Source of the DNA: a virus
Lineage: Duplodnaviria > Caudoviricetes
DNA length: 55,394 bases
Reading direction: 5' to 3' (one strand)
Virus record (IMG/VR): IMGVR_UViG_3300033486_000002
Span: 1 to 55,394 of that record
Shown here: piece by piece, positions 7,175 to 16,951 of the stretch
Numbering within the stretch: position 1 is the first letter of the stretch
Layout of the letters: the number at the start of each line of letters is the position of its first letter
Position numbers and translations under genes: made by a program
Notes under the pieces: generated by a model
Databases searched by the model: none
What the model was told of the DNA's origin: nothing
The model's input: the letters and a program-made list of their open reading frames with translations, nothing else

Positions 7175-8897
7175 ATCGCTGAAGCTCGTTCCCGGTAGCG
7201 AACGCTGGAAGGCGCTACGCCAGCGTGCGCTCACCGACCTGTTCTGGCTCAATGACGTGGTTCTCGGCTACGGGTCCGTTGTGCCGATGACTATGAAGGC
7301 GCACCTCCTGATGTGTCGGTTCGCGGAATCCCGCACGGGCCACCCCGCGCTCGACGGCGCGTACTACCGTCTCATTACGGTCCCGCGTGAGGTTGGCAAG
7401 AGCACTTTGGTCACGCGCGGGCACGCGATTCAGCTTGCGCTCGCGCATCCCGGCATCAGCATCCTCATCGCCAACGAACGGGAAAAACAGGCGGTCGGCT
7501 TCCTGTCGGAGATCAAGGCGCACTTCGAGAGCAACGAGTTCCTGCGCGCCCTGTTCCCCGAGCGGGTGCCGCCCGACTTCCGGCAGACGCAATGGAGTGA
7601 GACGGCCGCGACGCTTCCCCGCCCCACCGCGCGCCCGGAGCCGACGTTTCTCGCCACGGGTGTCGGCGCCGCCATCACGGGACTCCATCCTGACCATGCG
7701 TTCGTGGACGACATGATCTCTGACGAGGCAATGGAGAACGCGCGGGCGGGCTCCTTCCTGCTGGTGGAGAAGGCCAACCGCTGGTGCAACCAGTTGGTGC
7801 CCATTATCACCCGTGGTAAGCCGTATTGCGGCATCACCTTCATCGGGACGATGTGGTGGTACGGGGACTCTTACGAGCACATCGAGAAGGCGTTCGGCTA
7901 CGAGGAGGAGCCGCGCCCGTTCAGCCTCGCGTTCCGCGACGACGCCGGAGGGGAACACCGTATATCTCTTACGCGTGGGATTGGCAACCACATCACCAGC
8001 GGCGTGTACCGGAGGGGCGACCTCGCGGTGTTCCGCCGCAGCATCATCGAGGACGGCACGAGTTTCTTCCCCGAGCATTGGCCCGACGATGAACTAGCGA
8101 AGTTCCGGGTCCGCGACTCCGTGCTATTCGCCGCCAACATGATGAACAGTCCGGCAGACGAGATCACCGCCAGTTTCAAGGCCGACTGGCTGCGCTACTA
8201 CAACCGCCCGCACGAGGACACGCTGGAGTTCTCCGACGGCACCCGCACGCACTACGTTCAGGTGCGTGACCTCGACTGCGTGATGAGTGTGGACCCCGCG
8301 TTCACCGAACGGGCGACCGACTCCAGCCGCGCGGCGGTCGTGGTGACCGGCAGCACCGCGAACGGCAAGCGGTTCGTTCTGGAGGCCATCGCGCGCCGCC
8401 TCGCCGCCGACTCGCTGGTGGACCTCATCGTCACCACGGCCCTACGCTACAAGCCGCGCAAGTTGCTGGTGGAGAAGGTGGCGCAACAGGCGGCGTTCAT
8501 CGCGCTGCTCAAGCACGCGCTGGCGAAAGTCAATTCCACGTCCACCGTGGAGGAGGTGCATCCCGCCGGTCGCCAGAAGGACGTGCGGATTCTCCAACTG
8601 GAGCCATACTTCCAACGCGGCGACATCCTGCTCCACGGGAGCCAGCACGACGCGCTGGAGGAGTACCGCGAGTTCCCGCGCGGGCGGAACAAGGACCTAC
8701 TGGATGCGCTGGCCTACCAGCCGGAGTTCTGGCTCAAGCCGCAGGACGGCACGCTCTCGTTCACGGCGACCGCGCAGGAACGCATAGCGAAGGAAATGGA
8801 GATACTCTCTCAGCGGCTCGGGAAACCCGTCGGCCCCGTGCCGCACCGCGCCCGCGACGCCGGGCGCATCAGAGCCGACGGCAGCCGGAGGTGGTAG
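7167..8897 (+). CDS. terL: Terminase large subunit
   Basis: Walker A PREVGKST, ITGLHPDHAFVDD Walker B region, FIGT coupling motif, RNase H-like SVDPA and DLLDALAY. Confidence 0.92.
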   Translation: MPESLKLVPGSERWKALRQRALTDLFWLNDVVLGYGSVVPMTMKAHLLMCRFAESRTGHPALDGAYYRLITVPREVGKSTLVTRGHAIQLALAHPGISILIANEREKQAVGFLSEIKAHFESNEFLRALFPERVPPDFRQTQWSETAATLPRPTARPEPTFLATGVGAAITGLHPDHAFVDDMISDEAMENARAGSFLLVEKANRWCNQLVPIITRGKPYCGITFIGTMWWYGDSYEHIEKAFGYEEEPRPFSLAFRDDAGGEHRISLTRGIGNHITSGVYRRGDLAVFRRSIIEDGTSFFPEHWPDDELAKFRVRDSVLFAANMMNSPADEITASFKADWLRYYNRPHEDTLEFSDGTRTHYVQVRDLDCVMSVDPAFTERATDSSRAAVVVTGSTANGKRFVLEAIARRLAADSLVDLIVTTALRYKPRKLLVEKVAQQAAFIALLKHALAKVNSTSTVEEVHPAGRQKDVRILQLEPYFQRGDILLHGSQHDALEEYREFPRGRNKDLLDALAYQPEFWLKPQDGTLSFTATAQERIAKEMEILSQRLGKPVGPVPHRARDAGRIRADGSRRW

Positions 8898-8898
8898 T

Positions 8899-9048
8899 AT
8901 GCCGCTCACCAAGAAGGGACAGAAAATCAAGCGCGAGATGGTCAAGCAGTACGGCAAGGAGAAGGGCGAGGAAGTGTTCTACCGTTCGGAGAACAAGGGC
9001 ACCATCAGCGGTGTCCACAAAGGCGGCAAGCGGCGCGGTCGCGGTTGA
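8899..9048 (+). CDS. Small basic phage protein (49 aa)
   Basis: Hand-translated MPLTKKGQKIKREMVKQYGKEKGEEVFYRSENKGTISGVHKGGKRRGRG; GGAGGT RBS; below the ORF-track cutoff. Confidence 0.75.
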   Translation: MPLTKKGQKIKREMVKQYGKEKGEEVFYRSENKGTISGVHKGGKRRGRG

Positions 9049-9074
9049 CACGCACGCACGACTGCGCGTACGTT
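9045..9074 (+). promoter_or_regulatory. Possible sigma70-like promoter upstream of the portal region
   Basis: TTGACA-N18-TACGTT. Confidence 0.4.
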
Positions 9075-9177
9075 AGATGCGTACGCCGCGTTGCGGGGCG
9101 GCCCGCGTGACGACGCCCGCACGGCTAGGCCGCCTCCCACTGGCGGCTATCCCGTCCCACGCGTTCCCGGAGGACGT

Positions 9178-9420
9178 ATGCCCGAGCGATTCGACCCCCT
9201 CATGCAAATCAATGAAGCGAAAAACGTCGGCTCCAGCACGGGCGGCGTCACCTCGTCAACGCCCGGCAAGGGGAAAGCCAGCATCCCCCAAGCCTTCGAC
9301 TCCACGGCCAATACCGGCACCACCACCAGCGTCAAAGGCTCCGATAGCCCGACGCAATCGTATACCGGGCAGGGCCGACACCCCGCCGGAGTCCAGACGT
9401 TCAACCCCGCCTCCGTCTGA
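9178..9420 (+). CDS. Small Ser/Thr/Gly-rich protein, 80 aa
   Basis: GGAGG RBS before ATG 9178; low-complexity S/T-rich sequence. Confidence 0.65.
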   Translation: MPERFDPLMQINEAKNVGSSTGGVTSSTPGKGKASIPQAFDSTANTGTTTSVKGSDSPTQSYTGQGRHPAGVQTFNPASV

Positions 9421-9496
9421 CGAACCCTGTGGCTGGCACTTCTGGGACAACCCGAGCACCCGCGATGCCGATACCGTGTAGGATAGGAGGTGCGCC

Positions 9497-11440
9497 GTGC
9501 CCGAGCCCGTGAAGTGGGGGCCACGCCGGGAACAGGAGTTCGTGGAGTGGCTCTGCACGGACTTCACCAACGCCCTCGGCGCACGTTCCTCGCTCGAAAC
9601 CGCATGGTCCGAATGGCTGGACGACTACCGAGCCCCGGAATCCACCGAACTCAAACACTTCCCGTTCGAGGGCGCCTCGAACCGCACCGTGCCCGTGACG
9701 GCGATCAATGTGGACCCGCTGGTTGCACGGTTCATGACCACGTTCCACGCGCCACCGAACCTGTGGACCCTTCAGGCGTTGAACGAGCGGTGGGTCGATA
9801 TCGCCAAGCCGCTACAGGACTATCTCCAGTACCTCGATTCCCACGTCCTGCGGATGTGGGATGTGGACTACCGCGCGTGCCTCGAACTCATCAAGCTCGG
9901 CACCGCCATCTACAAGCACGGCTGGCTGTTCGAGCGGCGCCCGTCATGGGTCTACGGTCCCGACGGGCGACTGGTGCGCGGCACCAAGGTCGTCTCCCGC
10001 CCGTTCGTTGATCACGTCAAACTCCCCGACTTCGTTATCCCGCCCGCGTACTACGCCATCCAGCCCGACGACCAGGGCGGGGCGCCGTGGGTCGGGGAAC
10101 GCCACCAACTCAGGCTTGATCAGTTCCTTGCTCGCGCGAAGGGGCAGGACCCGTTCCTGCCGAACTACGACGCGGCGGCGGTGGAGAAGGTCAAGAAGTT
10201 CTACGAGACCAAACGCGACACCGTGCAGGCGAAGGTCGATACACTGGAGGACTACGCCCCCGTTCGGCACGAGAAGATCGACCTGTACGAAGTCCACGCG
10301 CGGTTCGATTGCTCCGGCACCGGGAACGTGGATGACATCGTCGCCATTGTCCACGTCGATAGCCGCACGCTCCTACGGGCGACGCTAAACTACTACGCGC
10401 ACGGCGAGCGGCCCTACGAGGTGGCGCGGTACTTCCGCTCGGACGGGTTCTACGGCATCGGCGTCTGCGAACAGAGCGAGATGTTCCAAGGCGAGATAAG
10501 CGACCTGAGCAACTTCCATCACGACAACGTGATGCTCAGGAACAGCCTGACGCTCGGCATCAAGCAGGGAGCGAACTTCCTGCCCGGCGAGCCCATCTAT
10601 CCCGGCAAGGCGTTCGTCCTCGACAACCCGCAGACCGATATCCGGGAACTCAAGTGGGGTGAGGCGAGCCAGACCACGCCGCAGTTGCTCCAGTTGTATC
10701 AGGCGATGGGCGAGCGGCGCACGGGACTCTCCGATATCCAGTTCGGCTCCATCCAGCAACTCCCCAGCCGCACACCCGCGACGACGATGATGTCGCTGTT
10801 GCAGGAGGGCAACCGCCGGTTCGACCTCTCGCTCAAGGACATGAGGACCGACTGCCTTGCGCGTATCGGCCTGCGCACGTTGCAGAACCTCCAGCAGTTC
10901 GCGGCCAACCCCGCGCAGAACCCCGACGGCCAACGGTTCCTGGCGCTCGCCATCCAGACGCTCGGGAGCCCCGAGGGCGAGGCGGTGGCGTCGGTACTCA
11001 ACATGCCGCTGGAGGACGTGGGCAGCGGCATCGGTGTCAGCCTCACCGCGACGAGCGGGATGGTGAACAAGGAGATAGAGAAGCAGTCCTTCCTCGCGCT
11101 GGTGCAACTACAGGTGCAGTTGGGCCAGCAGTTCATCCAACTCGCGCAGATAGCCGCCAACCCGCAAGTCGTGCAGATGATGCCCGCGCTGGCGCAAGTG
11201 GCGACCCAGGTGGCGCAAGGATTCACCGAACTCCAACGTCGGCTACTGGAGCAGTATGACATCCGCAACCCTGAAGAGATTCTGGTTGACGCTTCGGTCC
11301 TGCAATCCGCTGCGCAAACCATCGCCGCAGGCAACCTCATTGCCCCTGGGGCTTACGGGGGAGCAGGTGCAGGCCCTCCGGGCGCTGACGCTGGCGCCGG
11401 GATGGGCGGTCTACCTACTGGCTTTGGAGCGGCTGGCTGA
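9497..11440 (+). CDS. Portal protein (podovirus-type)
   Basis: 647 aa after terL; PFEGASN, FYGIGV, ERRTG...TAT-like motifs; Q-rich C-terminal barrel; AGGAGGT RBS. Confidence 0.88.
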   Translation: MPEPVKWGPRREQEFVEWLCTDFTNALGARSSLETAWSEWLDDYRAPESTELKHFPFEGASNRTVPVTAINVDPLVARFMTTFHAPPNLWTLQALNERWVDIAKPLQDYLQYLDSHVLRMWDVDYRACLELIKLGTAIYKHGWLFERRPSWVYGPDGRLVRGTKVVSRPFVDHVKLPDFVIPPAYYAIQPDDQGGAPWVGERHQLRLDQFLARAKGQDPFLPNYDAAAVEKVKKFYETKRDTVQAKVDTLEDYAPVRHEKIDLYEVHARFDCSGTGNVDDIVAIVHVDSRTLLRATLNYYAHGERPYEVARYFRSDGFYGIGVCEQSEMFQGEISDLSNFHHDNVMLRNSLTLGIKQGANFLPGEPIYPGKAFVLDNPQTDIRELKWGEASQTTPQLLQLYQAMGERRTGLSDIQFGSIQQLPSRTPATTMMSLLQEGNRRFDLSLKDMRTDCLARIGLRTLQNLQQFAANPAQNPDGQRFLALAIQTLGSPEGEAVASVLNMPLEDVGSGIGVSLTATSGMVNKEIEKQSFLALVQLQVQLGQQFIQLAQIAANPQVVQMMPALAQVATQVAQGFTELQRRLLEQYDIRNPEEILVDASVLQSAAQTIAAGNLIAPGAYGGAGAGPPGADAGAGMGGLPTGFGAAG

Positions 11441-11663
11441 AATCCACGGACTGGAACTCATGCGGCTTGACACCACGGGCGAGCGCACGGCGCAGCTACG
11501 TGGACATCTCGCGGCCTATTTAGAGATGGGTCGCGTCATCGAGGAGATCGTCTCCGCAACAGAGAGGTTGGCGAATGCCGAACGAGAACGGGTCCAGCGC
11601 GCAAACGTCGCCGGACGGCGGCGCGACGCACTCCACTACGCAACTCCCTACCGGCCCGACTGA
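11256..11663 (+). CDS. Small helical protein between portal and scaffold (start uncertain)
   Basis: L..L...PGW...L...LRG pattern in the position usually seen after podovirus portals; overlaps both neighbours. Confidence 0.55.
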   Translation: MTSATLKRFWLTLRSCNPLRKPSPQATSLPLGLTGEQVQALRALTLAPGWAVYLLALERLAEIHGLELMRLDTTGERTAQLRGHLAAYLEMGRVIEEIVSATERLANAERERVQRANVAGRRRDALHYATPYRPD

Positions 11664-12441
11664 GTATCGGTACGCCGCTGGCGCTGGCGTGCCCGAGTGG
11701 GCCGTCGGCAAGACGGCAGCCGAGGTGCTCGGCCTCGCCGTCAAGCAGAACGAGATCATCGCGGGGATGCCTACCGCGCCCAAGCCGGAGCCCGCGCAGA
11801 CGGGTGACAAGCCGTGGCAGCAGTACACGCCGCCTACGCAGGGCGCCGCCGCGATGCCCACGGACGACGAGTGGGTCGCCACGCCGCAGAAGGCGTTCGA
11901 GAAGGCGCTGGAGGCCAACGTCCAGCAACGGTTCGCACCGATGCTGGGAGAGATGGCCGCAGGGCTCGCGTCCAGCGCACGCGCGCAGGCCGCAACGACG
12001 TGGACCAAGGAGTTCAGCAAGTACGGTCCCGAGATCGACGCCGAGGTCGTCAAGGTGCCCGTCGGCCAGCGCACGGTTGACTTGTACCGCTACGCCGTGG
12101 ATATTGTTCGTGGTAGGCACGTGTCGGAACTAGCGGAGGAACTGGCGCAGCAGAAGCTCGCCGGACTCCCCGGCGCCGAACGCGCCACGGGTGGGGCGAT
12201 GAGTGGTGCGCCCGTTGCGGGCGCAATCGACTGGACCAAGTTGCCGCCCGGCATTGCGAAGAAGTGGCGGGACGCCGGGATCACGGAGGCTACCATCCGC
12301 GAAGACTGCGCGAAGTGGGGCATGACACAGGAGAAGTTCCTAGAGATGACGATGAACAACCAGTTCATCTCCGAGACACCGGACGGCGGCTGGTCGGTGG
12401 GCCGCGACCTCCTCAAGATTCCGACCGGAGGCTGGCAATGA
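11575..12441 (+). CDS. Putative capsid scaffolding protein
   Basis: Position between portal and capsid; disordered N-terminus, helical core, small C-terminal helical domain. Confidence 0.6.
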   Translation: MPNENGSSAQTSPDGGATHSTTQLPTGPTEYRYAAGAGVPEWAVGKTAAEVLGLAVKQNEIIAGMPTAPKPEPAQTGDKPWQQYTPPTQGAAAMPTDDEWVATPQKAFEKALEANVQQRFAPMLGEMAAGLASSARAQAATTWTKEFSKYGPEIDAEVVKVPVGQRTVDLYRYAVDIVRGRHVSELAEELAQQKLAGLPGAERATGGAMSGAPVAGAIDWTKLPPGIAKKWRDAGITEATIREDCAKWGMTQEKFLEMTMNNQFISETPDGGWSVGRDLLKIPTGGWQ

Positions 12442-12980
12442 AGGTCCCGCTGATCCGCACCGACACCCGAGCCCACTTGGGCGAGGCGCAGGAGAAGCCG
12501 GAGTTCGCGGACCCCGCCTTGGCGCGTGGCGACCTTACCTACGTGCCCGGCTGGTCGGACCTCCGCAGGCAGCGGGACGCCGACGTACGCGAGGGCCGCA
12601 AACCAGCGCCGCTCCCCTACCGGCTGCAACTGGTCCGGGTACGGAACTCGATGGGCCTTCCCGATGGTCAGGGTGCCGCCTCTTGGCGCGCACAGGGCTA
12701 CCAGGAAGTGAAGGTGAATGAGATGAAGGAGTTGGGAATCGCTATGCCAATCGGTGGCATGGCGTCCGCAGACGGTTTCGTGGACGTAGGCGATCTCCGA
12801 CTCTTTGCGTGCGATGCGCAACGCGCCGCACAAAACGAGCAGAACTGGCGTCGCGCCACGGACGAAGTTCAGGCGACTGACCGTGCCCCCGCACTTGAAG
12901 CCGAGGGCCGGAAGCACGCCTCCCCGACATTTGTCGAGGGAACCTACAGCGACGCCGGATCGGACGACCCAGACAGCTAA
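12438..12980 (+). CDS. Head-module hypothetical protein (MKVPLIRTD...)
   Basis: ATGA coupling to the scaffold stop; GGAGG RBS. Confidence 0.65.
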   Translation: MKVPLIRTDTRAHLGEAQEKPEFADPALARGDLTYVPGWSDLRRQRDADVREGRKPAPLPYRLQLVRVRNSMGLPDGQGAASWRAQGYQEVKVNEMKELGIAMPIGGMASADGFVDVGDLRLFACDAQRAAQNEQNWRRATDEVQATDRAPALEAEGRKHASPTFVEGTYSDAGSDDPDS

Positions 12981-13022
12981 GTCCTGCCCGGCGCGCGGAA
13001 CCTTTCCCACACGGAGGAGTGA

Positions 13023-13484
13023 ATGGGAACTGGCTTCCGCCCCTATCGCGGCCCCTGGCGCTACCGGCACTATGACACCACGTCTACTGCCACGTTCCGC
13101 CAGTGGTGCCCCGTCTCCCTGAGTAGCGTTCATCTGCTCAAGGAGTTCGGCACCGCAGCCGCGAACGAAAAACTTCTCGGTATCGCATGTCACAACTCGG
13201 CGGACAGCTTCCCGAGCGGCGAGGTTATGGTCGCCATTCCGGGGTTCGGCGCGAGTGCCATCGCCAAGGTGCAGACCGGCGTGGCCGCGTCCAGTCTGTC
13301 CGTCGGGCTCGCATACGACATGGAGAAGTCGGGCAACAACCTGCGTATCGACGTGGACAGCACGACCTCTGCCTGCGTCATGATCCAGGGTAAGATCGAC
13401 TCCACCACATCGGAGATCGAGGTCGTGTTCTGTGACAACGTGCTGCTCTACCCGCCGCTCCAGAACGTGGCGGATGGCTACTAA
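13023..13484 (+). CDS. Putative capsid cement/decoration protein
   Basis: 153-aa beta-rich ORF immediately before the MCP; GGAGGAG RBS. Confidence 0.55.
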   Translation: MGTGFRPYRGPWRYRHYDTTSTATFRQWCPVSLSSVHLLKEFGTAAANEKLLGIACHNSADSFPSGEVMVAIPGFGASAIAKVQTGVAASSLSVGLAYDMEKSGNNLRIDVDSTTSACVMIQGKIDSTTSEIEVVFCDNVLLYPPLQNVADGY

Positions 13485-13502
13485 CAGAAAGGAGCTTGCG
13501 CA

Positions 13503-14405
13503 ATGACGATTACCAGGGCGCAGTTCCAGGAACTGTTGGAGCCCAAACTCCGCAACATCTGGAACGACGGCCTCAAGACGTGGGAGCTTCTCTACCCGCG
13601 TTTCATGAACATCGGAAGCTCGAAGAAGGCGCAGGAAACCGATTTCCAGATGACCGGGCTCGGCGACGTTGCGACCATCTCCGAGGGCAACGATGTGATG
13701 TACGGCGACCCCATCAAGGGGTCCACGAAGGTCTACACGCACGCCACGACGGGTCTCGGCTACAAGATCACCGACGAAATGATCCGTCACGAACTGTACG
13801 GGCAGATGGCGAAGATGGAACGGTCTCTCATGCGGTCGATCATCCACAAGCAAGAGGTCGATGCGCACTCCGTTCTGAACAACGCCTTCTCCACCTCGTA
13901 CGTCGGCTTCAGTTCCGGGGAGTCGCTGTGCAGCACCTCGCACGCGCGGCTTGACGGCGGCACGGCGCAGGCCAACCGGCCCTCGACGGACGCCGACCTC
14001 GGGGTCACCTCACTCCAGAACGCGCTGATCCAGTTCCGGCTCTGGAAGGACGAGCGCGGCCATCCGGTCGTCGCCATCCCGCGCCTACTCATCATCTACC
14101 CGAACGACATCATGACCGCTCGGGAGCTTCTGGGCAGCGCGCAGAAGCCGGGTACGGCGAACAACGACGTGAACGCGATCCGCGAGGAGGGCATCACCTA
14201 CATGGTGACGCCGTACCTGACGGACACGGACTCGTGGTTCCTGATCGGCGGGGAGCACGACCTGAACTACATCTGGGACCTCCGTCCTGAACTGACGATG
14301 GACACGGACTTCGATTCCAAGGTGGTCAAGCGGATGGCGCGGCAGGCGTACTCCTACGGCTTCGGCGCGTGGTACAACGTGTACGGCACCAGCGGCGCCG
14401 GGTAA
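13503..14405 (+). CDS. Major capsid protein (Mu gpT-like, HK97 fold)
   Basis: MTITRAQFQELLEPKL start, ISEG, GLGYKITDEMI, LNNAF, GESLCSTSH, PYLTDTDSWFL; strong RBS AAAGGAG. Confidence 0.88.
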   Translation: MTITRAQFQELLEPKLRNIWNDGLKTWELLYPRFMNIGSSKKAQETDFQMTGLGDVATISEGNDVMYGDPIKGSTKVYTHATTGLGYKITDEMIRHELYGQMAKMERSLMRSIIHKQEVDAHSVLNNAFSTSYVGFSSGESLCSTSHARLDGGTAQANRPSTDADLGVTSLQNALIQFRLWKDERGHPVVAIPRLLIIYPNDIMTARELLGSAQKPGTANNDVNAIREEGITYMVTPYLTDTDSWFLIGGEHDLNYIWDLRPELTMDTDFDSKVVKRMARQAYSYGFGAWYNVYGTSGAG

Positions 14406-14419
14406 CGAACTGAACTGAC

Positions 14420-14447
14420 GTGGGGGTCGGGACATCCCGGCCCCCAC
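14420..14447 (+). terminator. GC-rich hairpin after the MCP (partial terminator or mRNA stabiliser)
   Basis: GTGGGGGTCGGGA-CA-TCCCGGCCCCCAC; only a short U tract follows. Confidence 0.45.
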
Positions 14448-14463
14448 TTCGGAGGAAACCTCC

Positions 14464-16611
14464 ATGACGGTGAACACCGAAGCACTAGACGATGGCAAGT
14501 TCGTGACGATGTCGTCCCTCAGCATCGTCGCTTCTCGTGCCACCGTCCAGACACAGGACCTTGTCGTGACGGGGAACATCACCGCCGCTTCGGGGTCCGA
14601 CCTCTCCATTTCCGAAGTGGACCTCAACAGCGGACTCGCGGTGGACCCCTCGCTCGGCTTCTCGTCCGAGAAGTCGCTGGGTCTCTACCGCAGCGGCACC
14701 AGCACCATCGCGATGAGTTACGGCCAGTTCCGCGTGGACGACGGCCTCGCGGTCCTGCCGGGACTCGCCATCGAGTCCGAACAGTCCTTGGGCCTCTACC
14801 GCTCCGGCGCAAGCCGACTGGCGCTGGCCTATGGCTCGCTCGACCTCCCGGATGGCACGGGCATCCGACCCTCGTTCTGCGAGCGGTCGGAGATTTCTCT
14901 CGGTCTCTACCGCAGCGGGACCAGCCTGCTCGCGTTGACTTACGGCTCGCTGGACCTCCCCGACGGCACGGCGATCCGGCCCTCGTTCTGCGAGCGGTCG
15001 GAGATTTCCCTCGGGCTCTACCGCTCGGGCGCGTCCACCTTGGCGATGAGTTACGGCCAGTTCCGTGTGGATGATGGGTCCGCGATCCTGCCGGGTCTCT
15101 GCGTCGAGTCCGAGCAGTCGCTCGGCCTCTATCGGTCCGGCACGTCCACTCTCGCCATGTCGTATGGGCAGTTCAGGGTGGATGACGGCACGGCGGTCCT
15201 GCCGAGCCTCGGGTTCGAGTCCGAGACCTCGCTGGGCCTCTACCGTTCGACCACCTCGACCCTCGCGGTCAGTTACGGCACGGTGAGCCTCGCGGCAGTC
15301 AGCGACTTCGTCGTCGGTGATGGTGGCGCGGCGCATCCCTACATCGCGCCCACCAGCGACCCGAGGATGGGCTTCTACCGCTCTGCGGCCAGCGTGACCA
15401 AGCTCTCCTGTGGCACGTTCGACCTCACGGCGGCCAACAGCGCCACGCTTCCTGACGGCGCGGCGACCAACCCCTCGTTCGGGTTCGCGTCCGACCCGCG
15501 CGTCGGTCTGTACCGGAGCGCGGCCTCGACGGCGAAGTTGACCGGCGGGGTACTGGACCTCACCGCCGCTACTGCGCCGGTTCTCGTGCCCGACGGTGGC
15601 GCGACCGCTCCATACGTTGCGCCCTCCAGCGACCCGAGGGTAGGCTGGTATCGGTCGGCCGCCAGCACTACGAAGTTGACCGGCGGCAACCTCGACCTCA
15701 CGGGTGCGACACAGGCATGGGTGCCGGATGGCACGGCGATTCTGCCGCAGCCCGCGTACTCGTCCGAGAAGTCCCTCGGGCTCTATCGCTCCGGGACATC
15801 CTGCCTCGCCATGAGTTACGGGCAGTTCCGGGTCGATGACGGCTCGGCGGTACTCCCGTCGCTCTGTTTCGAGTCGGAAAACAGCCTCGGACTGTACCGC
15901 TCTGGCAACTCCGCTGTTGCCATGAGTTACGGGCAGTTCCGGGTCGATGACGGTTCGGCGGTGCTCCCGTCGCTGTGCTTCGAGTCGGAGAACAGTCTCG
16001 GCTTCTACCGCTCGGCCAACTCCACGGTCGCCATGAGCTACGGCTCGTTCATCGGGTCGAACATCTCGACTTCGGTGATGTGGGTGACCCAGGCGTTCAA
16101 TGTGTCCGGTGTGACGCAGTACCACGCCGACTACATCGCCTGCGCCGACGGCAGCGCGGTCTCTCCGCCCTATCGGTTCGCGTCCGAGGCTTCGCTCGGG
16201 TTCTACCGTTCGGCGGCGAGCAACATCATCCAGTCCTACGGCACCTTCAGCGCCGTCAAGCTGGTGGGCACCAGCGAGGTTTCCGCTGCGGCCATCACCT
16301 CCTCGGGCGCACTCCAGTTGCGCGACGGCACCACGCTCCTACCGGGCTTCGGGTTCTACTCCGAGGCGTCGCTCGGGTTCTACCGGAAGGGCACGGGGCA
16401 GATTTCGCTCGCGCAGTCGGACTGCACGATCTGGGGCAACTTCGCCTCCATCCGCACGCTGGCGGCGTCCAGCAGCACGGCGGTCATCACGGAGCAGGGC
16501 GGCATCACGTTCTCGGTTCTTTCGGCTACGGTGAACGGCGCGGAAATCGCGTTCCGTTCCGGTAACACGGTCTACCACTTCTACTCGGGCAAGTCCAACG
16601 AGCAGGTGTAG
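14464..16611 (+). CDS. Repeat-rich fibre protein (head-fibre candidate), 14 repeats
   Basis: Fourteen DG.A..P...SE.SLG(L/F)YRS units, mostly 37 aa (111-bp DNA period), three longer SDPR variants; Ser-rich. Confidence 0.75.
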   Translation: MTVNTEALDDGKFVTMSSLSIVASRATVQTQDLVVTGNITAASGSDLSISEVDLNSGLAVDPSLGFSSEKSLGLYRSGTSTIAMSYGQFRVDDGLAVLPGLAIESEQSLGLYRSGASRLALAYGSLDLPDGTGIRPSFCERSEISLGLYRSGTSLLALTYGSLDLPDGTAIRPSFCERSEISLGLYRSGASTLAMSYGQFRVDDGSAILPGLCVESEQSLGLYRSGTSTLAMSYGQFRVDDGTAVLPSLGFESETSLGLYRSTTSTLAVSYGTVSLAAVSDFVVGDGGAAHPYIAPTSDPRMGFYRSAASVTKLSCGTFDLTAANSATLPDGAATNPSFGFASDPRVGLYRSAASTAKLTGGVLDLTAATAPVLVPDGGATAPYVAPSSDPRVGWYRSAASTTKLTGGNLDLTGATQAWVPDGTAILPQPAYSSEKSLGLYRSGTSCLAMSYGQFRVDDGSAVLPSLCFESENSLGLYRSGNSAVAMSYGQFRVDDGSAVLPSLCFESENSLGFYRSANSTVAMSYGSFIGSNISTSVMWVTQAFNVSGVTQYHADYIACADGSAVSPPYRFASEASLGFYRSAASNIIQSYGTFSAVKLVGTSEVSAAAITSSGALQLRDGTTLLPGFGFYSEASLGFYRKGTGQISLAQSDCTIWGNFASIRTLAASSSTAVITEQGGITFSVLSATVNGAEIAFRSGNTVYHFYSGKSNEQV

Positions 16612-16620
16612 GGAGGGCGT

Positions 16621-16950
16621 ATGTGGCTGCATCAGTATAGCCCAGCCGTAAACGCCTACCGGGGCGTCGCCGAGAGCGGTGTCACCAGCGCGACGTGGTT
16701 CACGGGGGACGCGGAGGTCGTGACGTGGTCCTTGATGACCTCGTCTGGCACCGCGTCCCGCTGGACCCTGTCGGGGTCGATGGACGACGGGTTCCGAACG
16801 GCCATCAACGCCTCGTCTTGGTTCACGCTTGCCGTGGCGAGCGCACAGGGCTTTTACTCCGTGGACACCATCCCACGGTGGGCGCGGTTCCAGCGCACGC
16901 CGTCCGCATCCAGTTCCACCGTCATGCTCGGCTTCCGGGTAGGGGGATAA
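16621..16950 (+). CDS. Small beta-rich virion protein
   Basis: 109 aa, S/T/W-rich, GGAGG RBS, within the structural block. Confidence 0.65.
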   Translation: MWLHQYSPAVNAYRGVAESGVTSATWFTGDAEVVTWSLMTSSGTASRWTLSGSMDDGFRTAINASSWFTLAVASAQGFYSVDTIPRWARFQRTPSASSSTVMLGFRVGG

Positions 16951-16951
16951 C

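Noticed and set aside
14400-14464. Frameshift/readthrough fusion of the capsid to the repeat fibre
   Set aside because: The fibre frame has a TGA at 14416-14418, and the fibre gene has its own GGAGG RBS.
12090-16125. Long antisense ORFs (12090..13943, 14485..16125) and similar shadow ORFs elsewhere
   Set aside because: They lie opposite well-supported genes; expected from high-GC codon bias and have no protein-like motifs.
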